Assembly (NCBI GenBank): GCA_965649825.1
Contig: OZ287704.1
Span: 404,101 to 468,100 of the forward strand
DNA: 64,000 bases
Direction: 5' to 3'
DNA from: Penicillus capitatus
Lineage: Eukaryota > Plantae > Chlorophyta
Shown: one piece after another, positions 26,360-38,694 of the stretch
Layout of the letters: each line of letters begins with the position of its first letter
Numbering within the stretch: the first letter of the stretch is position 1
Position numbers and translations under genes: made by a program
The notes under the pieces: model-generated
What the model was told of the DNA's origin: nothing
The model's database searches: none
What the model saw: only the letters and a program-made list of their open reading frames with translations

Positions 26360-28365
26360 CTAAGCCGTGGGCCACTTAGCATTTGCCATTCGGAAGTAGA
26401 CGTTATCGGGAAGACGTTTGATGTCTGTATTGCGCATGATCACGTCTCTGAGGCCTAAGAGCATGGCATTGGTGCGGACAGGCAGCGTCATCAAACGCGT
26501 CGTAGCTTACCTACGGATCGAATATGTGTGATCTCTTCGTCGGTGAAGAGCTGATTATCTCGATTTTCAAAGTAGAAACGGTCTCCGTCGCGTATGCGTG
26601 TATACTGCTCTTTGAGTGAGGCGTAGAAGAGCTCGCCGAGATTGGAATCGTTCACATGGTCTTCGGCCAGTCCGCCGACATAGGGGTCGATTTTGTCAAG
26701 GGTTGTGTAAATCTCTTGGAGTCTGACAGCGGCAAAGGATTCCGAAGTAATGTCGGAGAAACTCGTTTTGGCTGTCAGGCCCATAGCCTGTCGACAGGCA
26801 TTGTAATCCGGAATTCCGTGATCTCGTCCGCGTTGGATATTCCGCGCCGTCAGATCGCTGCCGCCGTTTCCTGGATCGCCAAAGAGGAAAGACTGAATCG
26901 AAGAGACGAAATGTGTGTCGACTTCCATTTGGTGTCGCCACGAGATACCACGCAGAATCGGATCAATACCTACAGAAGGTTGTTGCTCGGTTCGTCTAAC
27001 CGAGGAGGAGATGTTTCGGCGAACCGGCATTTAAGGCGAATGTCGGGTAGAAGAAGGCTTCGAAGAGCGGTACGTGCCCTTCACTGATTTCATTGCCGTT
27101 GTCGTCCAGGCGAAAGATAATGTCGCCGACTTCGCTGTGGCCGTAGCGATAAGCGACGGTGGAGAAGAAATTGTCCAGCGCTGCCAACGAGGGCGTTTGT
27201 GGAAGGCGACTTCTGAATGGAAGGAAGGAAGAAGCTTACTGGCGTCAATAGTTGGTTGGTAGCCGGAATACGCCTCCAACTGTATGCCCAGCATCGGAAT
27301 GTACTCGTAGAAACAGATCGACTGCAGAAACGCAACATTCCACTTGCGAGCTTCGTGGTAGAGCGTCTCGTCATCCCAGTCGGGATGCTCCTGCTGAAAT
27401 TCGGCGGCCAGTCTGAACAAACGACGTCGCAGTGGGCATCATGAACGTGGTATTTCCTACCTGTTGTGTTCGCGAAGAAAGAGCGTCTGTAATGCCAGAA
27501 TCGGCGGATTAACATTCGCACGAAAATCTCCGGCGGCGCGAACAATAGATTCCTTGCCCGAATCCGCCGCCATATCGACGCCGAGTTCGGGTGTTGCGAA
27601 AGGTAACATGTTGGAATCGTATGTCAGGAGCTTTCCGTTGCGATGCGATCGGAGCTTCTCTGCCTTCTCGATCGTTTCTCCATAGACGACGCTTCCATCA
27701 ATGTACGCCGTGATGCTGTTTAGCTGCTGGCGGATCTGCGACAAACGACAGCGCTTGTCATCATCGCCGGCAGTAGATAAAGTCCGATCATACACCATCG
27801 ACAACTTGGTATCTCGATCGGGCGAAAGGTATCGTGACGCGGTCTGTCGGTGTTGAAATGCTGTTCGGATCGAAATCGGGATCGCCGGTCGGTATATCGA
27901 TGTCTGCAGATTCGATTGGGCCAGCTGGCAACGTGAGATCGATATCGTGATCGAAGAACTGCCCGATGTACGTCAGCATGTCCGTCGCGTAACGCGCGCT
28001 TCGGATTTTATGCCGACCGGCTGGCATACGGAGCTTCCGACTGATCTCTCGCGGATTGGGCCGATCCGCACCCTACATGCACACGCACTTCGATCGACGA
28101 TGCTTCGAAGACGGATCTTGCCGCCAGACTCGAGCCGTTGCCATATCCATCAGCCGCCGGCACCTGTCGTCGCGCATACGGCCGATTGATAGCCCTATTG
28201 TCAGTGCAAGCATGAGCGGAAGACGCAATCGAGGCGAATCGTCTACCCCCATGTCGGATGGGCGACGTTGTTTCCGCTGCCGTCGAAGCGATAGGTGACT
28301 CGATTCGAGATGCATGGCCTCAAGCAAAGAAGCAAGAGAAGGCCGACAACGCCAGTCGAAGACAT
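26360..28365 (-). CDS. Secreted heme peroxidase (peroxidase-cyclooxygenase / animal-type family); multi-exon
   Basis: Signal peptide; YRFDGSGNNVAHPTWG, DRPNPREIS, GQFFDHD (distal His), LNSITAYIDGSVVYG (Ca loop), GDFRAN (distal Arg), AYRYGHS (proximal His), NIQRGRDHGIPDYN, IRDGDRFYFEN. Confidence 0.95.
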
Positions 28366-28813
28366 CGTAGATGACGATCGATGCGGATGCGAATCGCGTC
28401 GTTGGCACACAGATACACATGTATGTCCATCACATCATCCATTTTTGACATGACTACGAAAAAGACGTGAGCACAGCAAAACAGCGATCGATCTTCAGCA
28501 TACATACATTGCAAGAGATGCCAGGGAGAGCCTGCTAGATCCAAGGTGCTGTTCCGGGAGCTATCTGTCGAGAGAAGGCTTCGCATCTTGACAAGGCGTC
28601 GGCTTCATTTATCGTCCGGCATCTCGATCGAATCAAATATCGGTCTTGCAACCCATACCATGTATGTCACCGCCACACAGTTCTGAATCCGACAAAGTAA
28701 ATGATAAGAATATATATCTTTGCTAACTAATACAAAACAGAAGGAATTTATTCTCATGGCACGATGGTGGATCGCGTCCGAGAAGATTCAATGAATAAGC
28801 ACAACGACAGCAG

Positions 28814-29638
28814 TCATTCCCCACGCTTCAGCCTTTCGGTCATCCACTGCACCACCTTCTCCACAGCGATCGCACTGTCTGAGGATACCCCCTTATTCAA
28901 TAACCAGACGTCGCTCGATGCACCGGGAAATTCAAACACGTTCTTGTCCGAGCAGTTGGCTCTACTGTCGACCAAATAACAGCCCAACGCGGCATCGGCG
29001 TTATCTTCCCTTCCATGCATGACGAGCAATGGCGTTTCGACATTAGTCAGCTTCGTCGTCGCTTCTCGAGCCAGCTGGAGGTGCAGGCGATAACGATGAT
29101 ACGTCATTTCTTCCAACGTACCGTTGCTGCGCTTGACGGTTATTCTCCATCTCGGCCATAAGACGCTCAGCAACGATGCCGTCCATGACGTACACCGTCC
29201 AGCACTTGGCGCATTCAGACGCGGCGTAAACAAGACTATGCCAGCAATTCTAACGTTGCTGCAGGAAGCACAGTATGACAAACAGACAGATGCCGCTTCG
29301 TCGTGGGCAACCACGAAAACGCGTTTCTCCGTTTCGCGTCCCTGCGCTTGCTGCATCACGAGTTCGAAGTCTTCCTTCGCCTCGACAGCCGACAGCACAC
29401 GCTTCTGTATTTTCTGACACGAGTTCATTCTCTGATTTCTCCAGTCGTAGAGATAGACGCTGAACTCTGCATCCCAGAGAGCCTGAACAAGAGCCTCGCA
29501 TTGTCCAATGCGCCCCGTCAAGGAATGCGCGACAACGACAATGGCACGGGATCTCGGATGGAAATACGAAGCAGTGTGAAGCTCTGCGCCCTTTGGAGAA
29601 CAGAGTGTCTCCTCCGCCTTGGTCATCCTCCGGCCCAT
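28814..29638 (-). CDS. Monoacylglycerol-lipase/lysophospholipase-like alpha/beta hydrolase with altered catalytic residues; intronless
   Basis: Fold motifs IVVVAHS, FSVYLYDW, RVFVVAHDEAA (GHSMGG equivalent), TPLLVMHGRED, CSDKNVFEFPGASSD. Confidence 0.75.
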   Translation of the reverse strand: MGRRMTKAEETLCSPKGAELHTASYFHPRSRAIVVVAHSLTGRIGQCEALVQALWDAEFSVYLYDWRNQRMNSCQKIQKRVLSAVEAKEDFELVMQQAQGRETEKRVFVVAHDEAASVCLSYCASCSNVRIAGIVLFTPRLNAPSAGRCTSWTASLLSVLWPRWRITVKRSNGTLEEMTYHRYRLHLQLAREATTKLTNVETPLLVMHGREDNADAALGCYLVDSRANCSDKNVFEFPGASSDVWLLNKGVSSDSAIAVEKVVQWMTERLKRGE

Positions 29639-29792
29639 GGACTCACCCTGGGCAAAACGGACACGACGAACACCACAAAGAGACAGGTCACGTCGAAAGA
29701 TTTCTTGAAAACGGCTGACCCTTCATTTAGGGCGAAGAAATGCAACGTCTGCGATCGGGCAACAGTGTACGCCTGCCGAAGGCCGCAACGCC

Positions 29793-31744
29793 ATGGACAG
29801 TGCCGAAAGTAGCGCCGCTGAGAATGCCGAGACGTATCGTATGCGTCAGCGCATCGCTTGCGCCACTCACAACGCGTCTCCGACGTGTCGATTCCCAAGA
29901 GGCGCGTCGCTTAACGGTTGGGCAACCTCGTCTGTTGAGGCAGCTTTGACGGATAGGTTGAAACAGCGATGCCTGTCTACACAGCTGAGAAGACGACTTC
30001 CTGGGCAACAGGACTGTGGAGAGGAGGGTGGTCTGTGCTGCTCTTGGCGCTGTCCTTTCTGCCATGGACGACTTCGGCCCTCTTGCCAAGAGCACAGCTG
30101 CCGACTCATGTCTGTTCTCTGCTTCGGTCACCGTTTGTTGTGGGAGTTCATGAAGGGCGGCCGGTTGATATAGTCCATCGCTGTCGTTGCGCATGGACAG
30201 GTGGCAAGTCTCTCGACGGGGATCATCCAAAGGAGTCTCCACAGAACAGCCATCCAACCCCCCGTGGTACTCCCTCTGCTACATTCGTACGGACAGCACA
30301 TGAGCATTGCGGTCATGTAGCTGCGATTTACGGCACTCGTGGGATCGGCAATGTTGGCAACATCCACTGCCATTCGATGGAGGTGTCGGGCGACGATGGC
30401 TAAGACGGATGCATCGTCGGAGATCGAAGATGAGACAGACTTGGATCCGAGTCCTGCAAAGCCTGTGATCTTTGCTCTGGGATTGGCGTCTGCTATGGTA
30501 GACACGTTTCGTGTGGATTTGCCGAGGCAACACCACTTGCCGCGTTCGGATCGTCCCAAGACGTCACATCGTGTCCATCTGGACATCAATGCTGAAGAGT
30601 ACGATGCACTGGCGTCTATCTTGAAACGCACGAAAGAATCGTCAACGATCCATGCGGCAAAACTCGATCCCATACGCAGACTGCTCACTGCTCCCGAGAT
30701 GGATCCCACTCCGAAGACTCCGTTTAAAGGATTCGTCGAAAATTTGGAAGAGAAAACGAAGTCGGACATCAGTTTTCTGCGACGGTTCATCATGAGGCTG
30801 TCCAATCGAGGCAGGTCCTGTCCACCCAACAAACGGCGTTGATTGTGGTTATGGACATTAGGGCGTGGGAAGTATGATTGCATGAAGGAGTTGGCATCCT
30901 TTGAAGGGCCACCGGCCGAAGCAGGCATGTTGCGATCGGTGACAGCGCCAGCAGACAGTAAATATGATTTCTTGGCCGGATTGCTGAAAGGAAAATGGAG
31001 AGCGCCGACAAGAGAGGGCATTCCGCACTGGGATCCGATGTCGTTGTTAGCTACGCTGACGGAACAACCAACTGTACAAGATTTGAACGGCGCACGTATG
31101 TCGTTCATTTCTCTGTCTGGTACCCAAAGCTGTTTTTAGGTACCATTCGCCGTCTGGGCGATTTTTCAGAAGATCCGCCCAATCCTTACGATCCGCTGGA
31201 CATTGTTGACAAGAACGCAGATGCACAGACCAATGGCACGTTCGCTTCGACAAAGGAGATTTTGAACGGCTCACAGAAGGGGGAGAGTGAAACGCAGTCG
31301 GTAGCACAAGAACTTTCCCCACTGGCCATTGACGTCCAAAGCACCAATCGTTACGACACTTCGAGTGAAATCACAGAAGAAGACGCTTCGCCAAAACAAG
31401 ACAGAGCGTCACCTTCGATAGACACTGGAGATCGCCCCAAGCATTCTGACAATGATGTGGCGAAAGACGTCCAAGCTGGCTCGATGACAGACAAACCTAT
31501 CTCTATCGAGCAACAGATCCATAAGCATACACATCCGCCGCCGCCATCTGATCCCGCCGGCCGCGATCAGAATGGAATCTCTCCTCAGTTACAGGAAATC
31601 GAGAAACATCTGAACGCAGTATCCCTTCTCGCCAAAGATGCCAATCAGACGGCACGCAATGCACTGAAGGCAGAAGTTGAACAGATCAAGAACATGCAAA
31701 GCATGCATCGCCAGACATCTACCGTAAGAAGGACAGTGTTTTGA
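29793..31744 (+). CDS. Hypothetical multi-exon protein with low-complexity C-terminus; 5' structure uncertain
   Basis: Co-oriented ORFs 30339-30842, 30843-31139 and 30995-31744 joinable by intron-sized gaps (e.g. GTATGT..TTTAG near 31096-31139); no family recognised. Confidence 0.5.
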
Positions 31745-32405
31745 ATACATGAGCGTCATCTGTGTGTTCTTAGACTATTGATACGGCTGACGTGAAGTCG
31801 GCGTTAAAGATGCCTGCTGCCCGACGGGTGCAGGAAACAATGCGCCAGATCACCGCCGAGTTAACACAAGTGAGCTGCGAAATTTCGAAGATGCATCATT
31901 GAGAAGCTGTCTTGGGCAATGAGAAGAAACATCGAGAAGATATTCCTCCTGTGCTGTGTGACACGGGTCTGTCTGTGTTTGTGCCAATTTTAGAGATAAG
32001 ATTTTTGATGCCCGGCAACAATATGGAGCACATTTCATTACTCCTATGTGCCTGCAATTGCCTTAACCAGACAGGAAAGGGGCAAATGCACACAACGTTG
32101 CAAGTTGTGTCGTCCCGAGAGGATACGCGTTTACAGTTTGCAAATAACGACGCCGATGCGTGCGTGCGTGCGTGCGTGCCAGCAGGTCATGGCCAGGCCC
32201 GTCGTTCTTGACCACCTGCATCTTCCCTCACACTGTTGTTGTGTTCTGCGTCGGATCCCTGTTCGCCACCTTCTCGTGAAGGGCATTGCCAGCTGCGTGT
32301 GTGCTGTCATGACGAGAGGCACCATGCGGTGGCATCACTTCTCGTTTTTTTTCCTTCAAGGTGTTTCAAATAAACGCCAGAAAACACAACGACAACAATC
32401 ACTCG

Positions 32406-34614
32406 ATGCTTGACTTCATAAAACGAACGAAACAACTATCGTGCACAACATTGACACTCGTTATTCTCTCACTCGGTTTCGTCTGCGGACAAGGTACCTA
32501 CCTACCTTCGTCTTCACGTTTTCTGGATTTTCGTTCGAATGTGGTGAGCAGAGGATGGCAATGCATTCGTTGTCACGACGACTTGGCAGTTGGAGAACAC
32601 AGTGAAGGGATTGCAAAACGGCCAGTCTGTTATCATCGATGCTAGGACTTTGAAATTACGCCAACCATTATCCATTACGGGACGCAATGTTACCGTACTC
32701 GGTGTCAAAGAGACGACTCTGGAATGCCCAGAATCGTCACCGGCATTGCTTCTCTACGGTCGCGATGTCCACCTTGAGAATCTGCGTTTCTCAGGATGTC
32801 AGGGACAGCCAGCTGTCACCATCGAGGGAAACGGCCGACGCACGGTCCGCGTCTTTATGGAGCGCGTTGCTTTTGACGACAACAACGGAACAGCAGCGGA
32901 ATGGTATATAGCATCTGACCGTGCATCCTCGCCGCTCAGCATCCGACGCTGCCGAGAAGCTCCTTGCGAGGCGAGCGTCTCGGTGGAGATATCTGAAGCT
33001 GTCTTTTCGAACAACCATGGAGATCAAGGCGGAGCGATTTTCTGCCAAGATGCTTCACTGATCGTGCGCCAATCCACGTTTCAGTAGAACACGGCACAGC
33101 GAAGCGGAGGGGCGATCTTTGCCACAGGGCCAACGGCGAACGTGACAGTCGATTCCTGTCGATTTGAAGAGAATCGTGTGACAGGGAGAGGACAGGATCG
33201 ACCTGTGAATGCTGCGTCGACGGGACAGTTACTAGAAGTCGTCTCCTACTGGACCTTTCCCTTTCCCACATCGACGGGCGGAGCCATCGACATCTTTACC
33301 ATTGCTCATTTCTCCATCCACAACACAAACTTCTCTTCCAACACAGCGCTCGCTGGAGGTGCTATTGCGATGACGATCGATGTTGACAGCATCGATGCCG
33401 AAAACAGACCTACAGAATTCATTGCCAGTGTTTCTAACTGCATCTTCTGTCAAAACCAAGCAAACAACACAGAAGAAGTGTCGGACGTTGCAGCACATGA
33501 TTTTCATATGGGAGGTGCCATGTATGTCGTGCCCAACTCGATTAAGGTCCTGTGGCTCAGGACGACATTTCCGCTGTTTGTGCTCGCCTTCTTTATCGTC
33601 GCCAATGGCATCGCTGTCTTCAGAAGGCGCTGGACGCGCACTGAGCCTCCTAGAGTACATGGGATCAAGGATTACGTGACCATCAAGTCCTACAGCGTGG
33701 TGACGATTATCGTCGTTGCTTTTTTCTCCTATATCAGTGTGACAACCGAATTCATAAGGACCGCCAACTGCATTCGAGTGGACCAGTCGTCGACTGGACA
33801 TCGTTATGATCTCTATGCGGTGGAGACAGGAGATAGAGTGTGGGCAGAGGATACGTCTCTGTATTGCTTTCGCGGAGATCATATCGTCACCGGAGTCCTG
33901 GGCATTCTTGGTCTCATTTTCTTTTCTATGACCTCTATTCTCTTCATTCTGCTGTGGCTGCCACGGAATGCCTCCAGACTGGACGATCCGGCATTCATTT
34001 CCTTGTACGGCTTTATCTACCAAGGATACAAAGAACAGTGGTATGCGACACCATGGGAGGCGGTCATTGCCATTCGGAAAGCACTCATCGCTGCAGTTGT
34101 GGTCTTTGCGTTTCCTCTTGGACCCAATCTGCAAGGCATCTGTGCCATGGGTGTGATCATCTTGGCCATCGCACTGCAGTCGATTGTTTCCCCTTTCAAA
34201 TCGTTTGATGGGCATCCCAATGTACCAGCCTATGCCGGCCAAGTGTTCCGATCGCTGGGGATGGAAGCCCTGGCACGTATGTGGGTCAGCATCAATAACA
34301 AGATCTCGCTCAATGATTTGGAAAAGGCGTCGCTTATGGCATCTCTCACCGTGTTCTATTCGGGAATCTTGTTTTACGATGAGAATACGAGTCGTGATGG
34401 CAAATTCATCATGGCTGCTTTCACATTCGCCATCAATCTCGGCTTTTTTGCTTACGCTCTCTATCGATTATACACCGGAGCACATGTCTCTGTGGATCTC
34501 TACTGTGCACATCTGAAGATGGTGGATCCATCCAAAGCCATTCCTGATGGAACTGGAGTGATCGGTCTCCTCCTGCGTGCCATCATCATATACCAAAATC
34601 GTGACGTCTTCTGA
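32406..34614 (+). pseudogene. Probable pseudogene of a beta-helix (GGAI/FxxN repeat) multipass receptor-like protein; in-frame TAG and large internal deletion relative to paralog at 50757-55890
   Basis: Signal exon plus intron, then ORFs 32590-33087 and 33142-34614 in the same frame split by TAG 33085-33087 inside a repeat (STFQ*NTAQRSGGAIF); repeat region runs directly into the late TM region. Confidence 0.7.
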
Positions 34615-35004
34615 GAAAACATTGCGTTTTACAGTACTGGACGAGTCATCGCTTGAAAGAGCACCATTGAAGTATCTGCACATGATAGTGCCTTCGAAAC
34701 AAGGGGACGGACATATCACAAACGACCTACCTTACGTTTTCATTCGTGTCACCGCTTGATCGCGTCTGATCCATGGGAATGCTGTGTAACCTATATAAGA
34801 AAATGTCGCACCGCCGAATACCTGTTTGTGGAAAGTGGACCATTTAAACAACTTTCATACTACAAGGGAAGTGAGCAGATAGAAAGAACAATGGATAAGG
34901 ACAAACGACAATATTCAATGCAGAAGGGATAGAGATTCAGTGTAGATGATTCTTGGACAGTTGATAATGCACATGCGCATCCCACGATTCCTTTCCTGTA
35001 TGTC

Positions 35005-36847
35005 TCATTTCACACGATCGATAATTTTTTTTATCCACCTCATAAAAAACGCCACTTTCAAAAATTCGGCAGGTTGACCGCCGTCACATCCCCCAGAAGT
35101 GTTAGAGAATCCGAGACCGATCAGAATATCTTCCGCCCCGCCTGTCATGATCAATGGAGTGCCATCATCTCCTCGACACAGAGCTGCTCCAACGCCTGTC
35201 TCATCATTGCCAGCACAGATCGAAACGGGATTGAGGCCTTGGACACCATAACGCTCTCTGCATTCTTTCTTGGAAACGTATCCCACGACGCCTTCCTGCA
35301 GCTCTGAGGAGTGCGCTTCTCCAATAGATCGAGATCCCCACCCAACCACTCGCAAACGCAGACCATCTCTGCAGCAGTCGCGTTCTAAACACACACACCA
35401 ATCTCAGTCCCTTCTTCACAATCGGCCGTCATTCTCACGAAGATAGGGTAAACGAATCGGTGTCTTTGTGCTTTCGCGTTCCAACACGAGAACAGCCAAA
35501 TTGACAGAACGTGTAAGATTGTAATACTGTTCGTGAATGTAGTGTCCCGACACTTGGATGACCTCCGAGTCGTTTGGATCTCTGCTTGGATCACTCGCAA
35601 TGCCACCGATGTAGGTTTCGATGTATGTACTGGTTGGGAGTACTCTTCGATCCACACATGACGCCGTCGTCAGAACGAGGCGTTCGGTGATCAATACACC
35701 GTTGCATCGGTGGAGACCTCCCCGTGGCCGGACAGAAACGGTATATGGGTATCGACCAGGTGCCGCAGAACTGCCGCCCGAAATTCTCTCCACTATGCGG
35801 ATCTTTCCGCAATCGAAGTCACTTCTGTCAAATTCGTTGATGTCTTCATATACATCCTTCTGCTTCGAGAGCCACTCCGTATGAAAGGATATGTTTGTGA
35901 AAACAAACGGGGCACCATCGCTGCATTCTTTTGTCGCACGATTCGCCAGACCAATCAAGACTGGCGGCTTATCATGCCCTTTCCAGTGAAAGAGGCCACC
36001 TCCTCGATCGAGCTGGCAGTAACCCATATCTCCTCGAACACAGATCGAAGCGTTCTGCTTCATATTTTGTCCTCCACCCAAGAATTCGTCATCGGATCTG
36101 CGACAGAAGACAGGATATGCAACAAGAGTGTAGAAACGAATAGAAATGGACACACTGTTTAAAAAAATTGTCGCATGTTGGGTATGGCATGGAAGGAAAG
36201 GTCGCCATTTCCAGAGAACTGGCATAGGGCCCCGACTGAAAACGCCGACCGAGGCCAACATTCACGAAATCGACACCATCGCAGCAGTCTTCAAGGAGCT
36301 CGAAAGGAAGAGCGGTCCAGTTAACATGCGCCTGATTTTTTAGTCGAATGACAGCGATATCATAAACAGGATTGTAAGGTCCCCGGCCATCCTTGCCATT
36401 CCTGTACAGCTCATGAATAACAACATCCTTAATCTTGATCGCTTTCGCAGTGCAGTGACCACTGCCTCCTGCTCTATTGGCTTTGCGGCGTCCAGATAGG
36501 TTATCAGGCTCGAGCTCATAGGCGCCGACGAAGGCTTTGACATTCTTGATACCAAATCCCAATTCCTTCGAATCGATGCACGATGCCGATGTCACAATGA
36601 AGCTCGGCGAAATCAACGTCCCCGCGCAGTAATGCAGATCGAAGACACCTTTACGGAGAGAGACATAGAAGGGAAAGGCATCTCGTGGCGCCTGGGTTCG
36701 AATGTAGACGTCCTCGTGGCCATCGTGACTATCCAATCCGAACAGTTCGCTCAGACCGTCGCTGTCTGTCTGGGCGAATGCTTTGAGGAAAAGACAGAGA
36801 AACAGATAGCAAAGGAATACAGGAGACGGTATGTGGTCGAGAAGCAT
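35005..36847 (-). CDS. Secreted tandem trypsin-like serine-protease homolog, catalytically dead (copy B)
   Basis: Signal peptide; HYCAGTLISPSFIVTSASC, YDIAVIRL, CQLDRGGG; RISGG, HRCNGVLITERLVLTTASC, VVGWG, CRGDDGTPL, FMRWIKKI. Confidence 0.88.
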
Positions 36848-37665
36848 CTGCGCCCTGTGCAAATGTCTGCCTCCATTGCCAGGTTCGGAGCAGTGTCCAG
36901 TGAAAACGGTAAAAACCATCGCGGCGTCAGGTTCGGAGTCCTTAGAGTCTTGCCAGCCGGTCTCCCGGGGAAAACGGTAAATTCAGTCACCGACCGCTAC
37001 GAGGCCCAGTTCTCATCCAGCGGTCATGTGTGAATGGCATATATACACGAGCAATCCCAACCGTCGTCCTAACACTCTTGATCCGATGAACCAATCAAAA
37101 TAGCTATGTCACACTAGACAGACTCTCTGTCTCGGACCTCTCTCCAGGACAACTGCCATCTGCAGGTGTTTTGTACGGTACATGCACACTGCCTGCCTTG
37201 TGTCTCGACAGCTCCGTGTCACATCTAGCTGTGATGATTGTCTTTGCCTGGAGGAAATGCACTCTGTTGAATTTGGTTTTCTTCTCTTGACAGTCCTGTC
37301 TTGACTAGGTATTCACAGGGTTCACTGTCTTGCAGAATGGGATGCTGTGTAAGCATATCTTCCTTCGTGGCCTTTCATCTCTCTTATCGCGAGCTCGAAC
37401 GATGATCCCGACGGTAACATCTTCTCTCATCTATTTGCCTTTGGTAAGGGAATGCCGCTTCGCTATCTATGCAGACTTTTTTTCTTTTTCTATGCAGAGT
37501 GGTATGTCCTTGAGTTGTCACATCATCATTGCTATTCGAACTTACCAGTAGCTGGAGGGAATCGATGCGACAAGCACATCGTAATGGCGAAATGCTCCAT
37601 GTCGTTCTTCACGATCGACGCGTTACCGTTCTTCATTCGACTGACAACATTTCCGTCGTTCCTCA

Positions 37666-38605
37666 ATGGCAACGCGATGCGTTTTCGAGAACAGCAACGA
37701 GGTTGGCGTGTTCGCCAATTTGACTAATGCCTACTGTATGGTCGCTTACGGACCGTCAGAGAATTTTTACAGGTTCGCCCCTCACTCCCCCAACATCCCT
37801 TTACGCACATTTCTCCGCGTTCAGTTCTTTCCAGTCCGAACTTTCCGATCATATCCCCGTCTTTAAAGCGTCCGTTGCCGAGACGCGTCTCATCGGCCGC
37901 ATGACGGTCGGCAACAAAAATGGCCTATTGCTACCGAATACCACAACGGACCAAGGTGAGATGCACTCACGCATACCGCCTTGTGAATGGACTGTCTCAG
38001 AGATGATGCACATTCGCAACTGCATCCCAGACGAAGTGGTTGTCCAACGCATCGACGAGAGATTATCTGCATTGGGCAATTGCATTGCCTGCAATGATTA
38101 CGTGGCACTCGTCCACAAAGACATCGACAAGGTGCACCGAGTACCTGCCTTCTGCATTTGATAGAGGGAAAGGCGTGTGAAGGATACCGTGGAGTTGATC
38201 TCGGATGTTCTGGGCGTTGAGGTTTTCCATTCGCAGATTGCGAGGAATGCATTGGTTGGGAGCTACTGCAAGATTTCGAATCAAGGAGGCCTGGTGCATC
38301 CCAAAACCAGCATCGAAGATGTGGACGAGCTGTCTTCTCTGTTGGGGATCCCCCTTGTCGCCGGTACCGTCAACCGTGGAAGCGATGTCGTCGCGGCGGG
38401 ATTGGTCATCAACGATTGGAGCGCCTTCTGTGGATTGACGACCACCGCAGCCGAAATGTCCGTCATTGAAAGGTCACATCACACTTTTGCCAAAAAAAGT
38501 GAGAATCATGTGGGTTATTGCTGCAGTGTGTTCAAGCTGCGCAATGCACGGCCTTCGAATGTCGCGAAAGAATTGAGACCTTCGTTAATCGATTCGTTAG
38601 TTTAA
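37666..38605 (+). CDS. EIF6: Eukaryotic translation initiation factor 6; 5 exons
   Basis: [76 protein letters not shown]. Confidence 0.98.
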
Positions 38606-38694
38606 TCGATTTTTGAAATCGAGACGTGACGGCGTGTTCGTTTGGCCGTTGCGTCGTTTCTGACCGTCTGCGCGTTTGTGAAGAAGACTGTGCG

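Noticed and set aside
33085-33087. Genome-wide TAR-to-Gln reassignment
   Set aside because: Conserved C-termini end at TAG/TAA (hnRNP RYRPY, DnaJ CSQQ, eIF6, DDX6, LUC7), and no other conserved gene needs a TAR read as sense.
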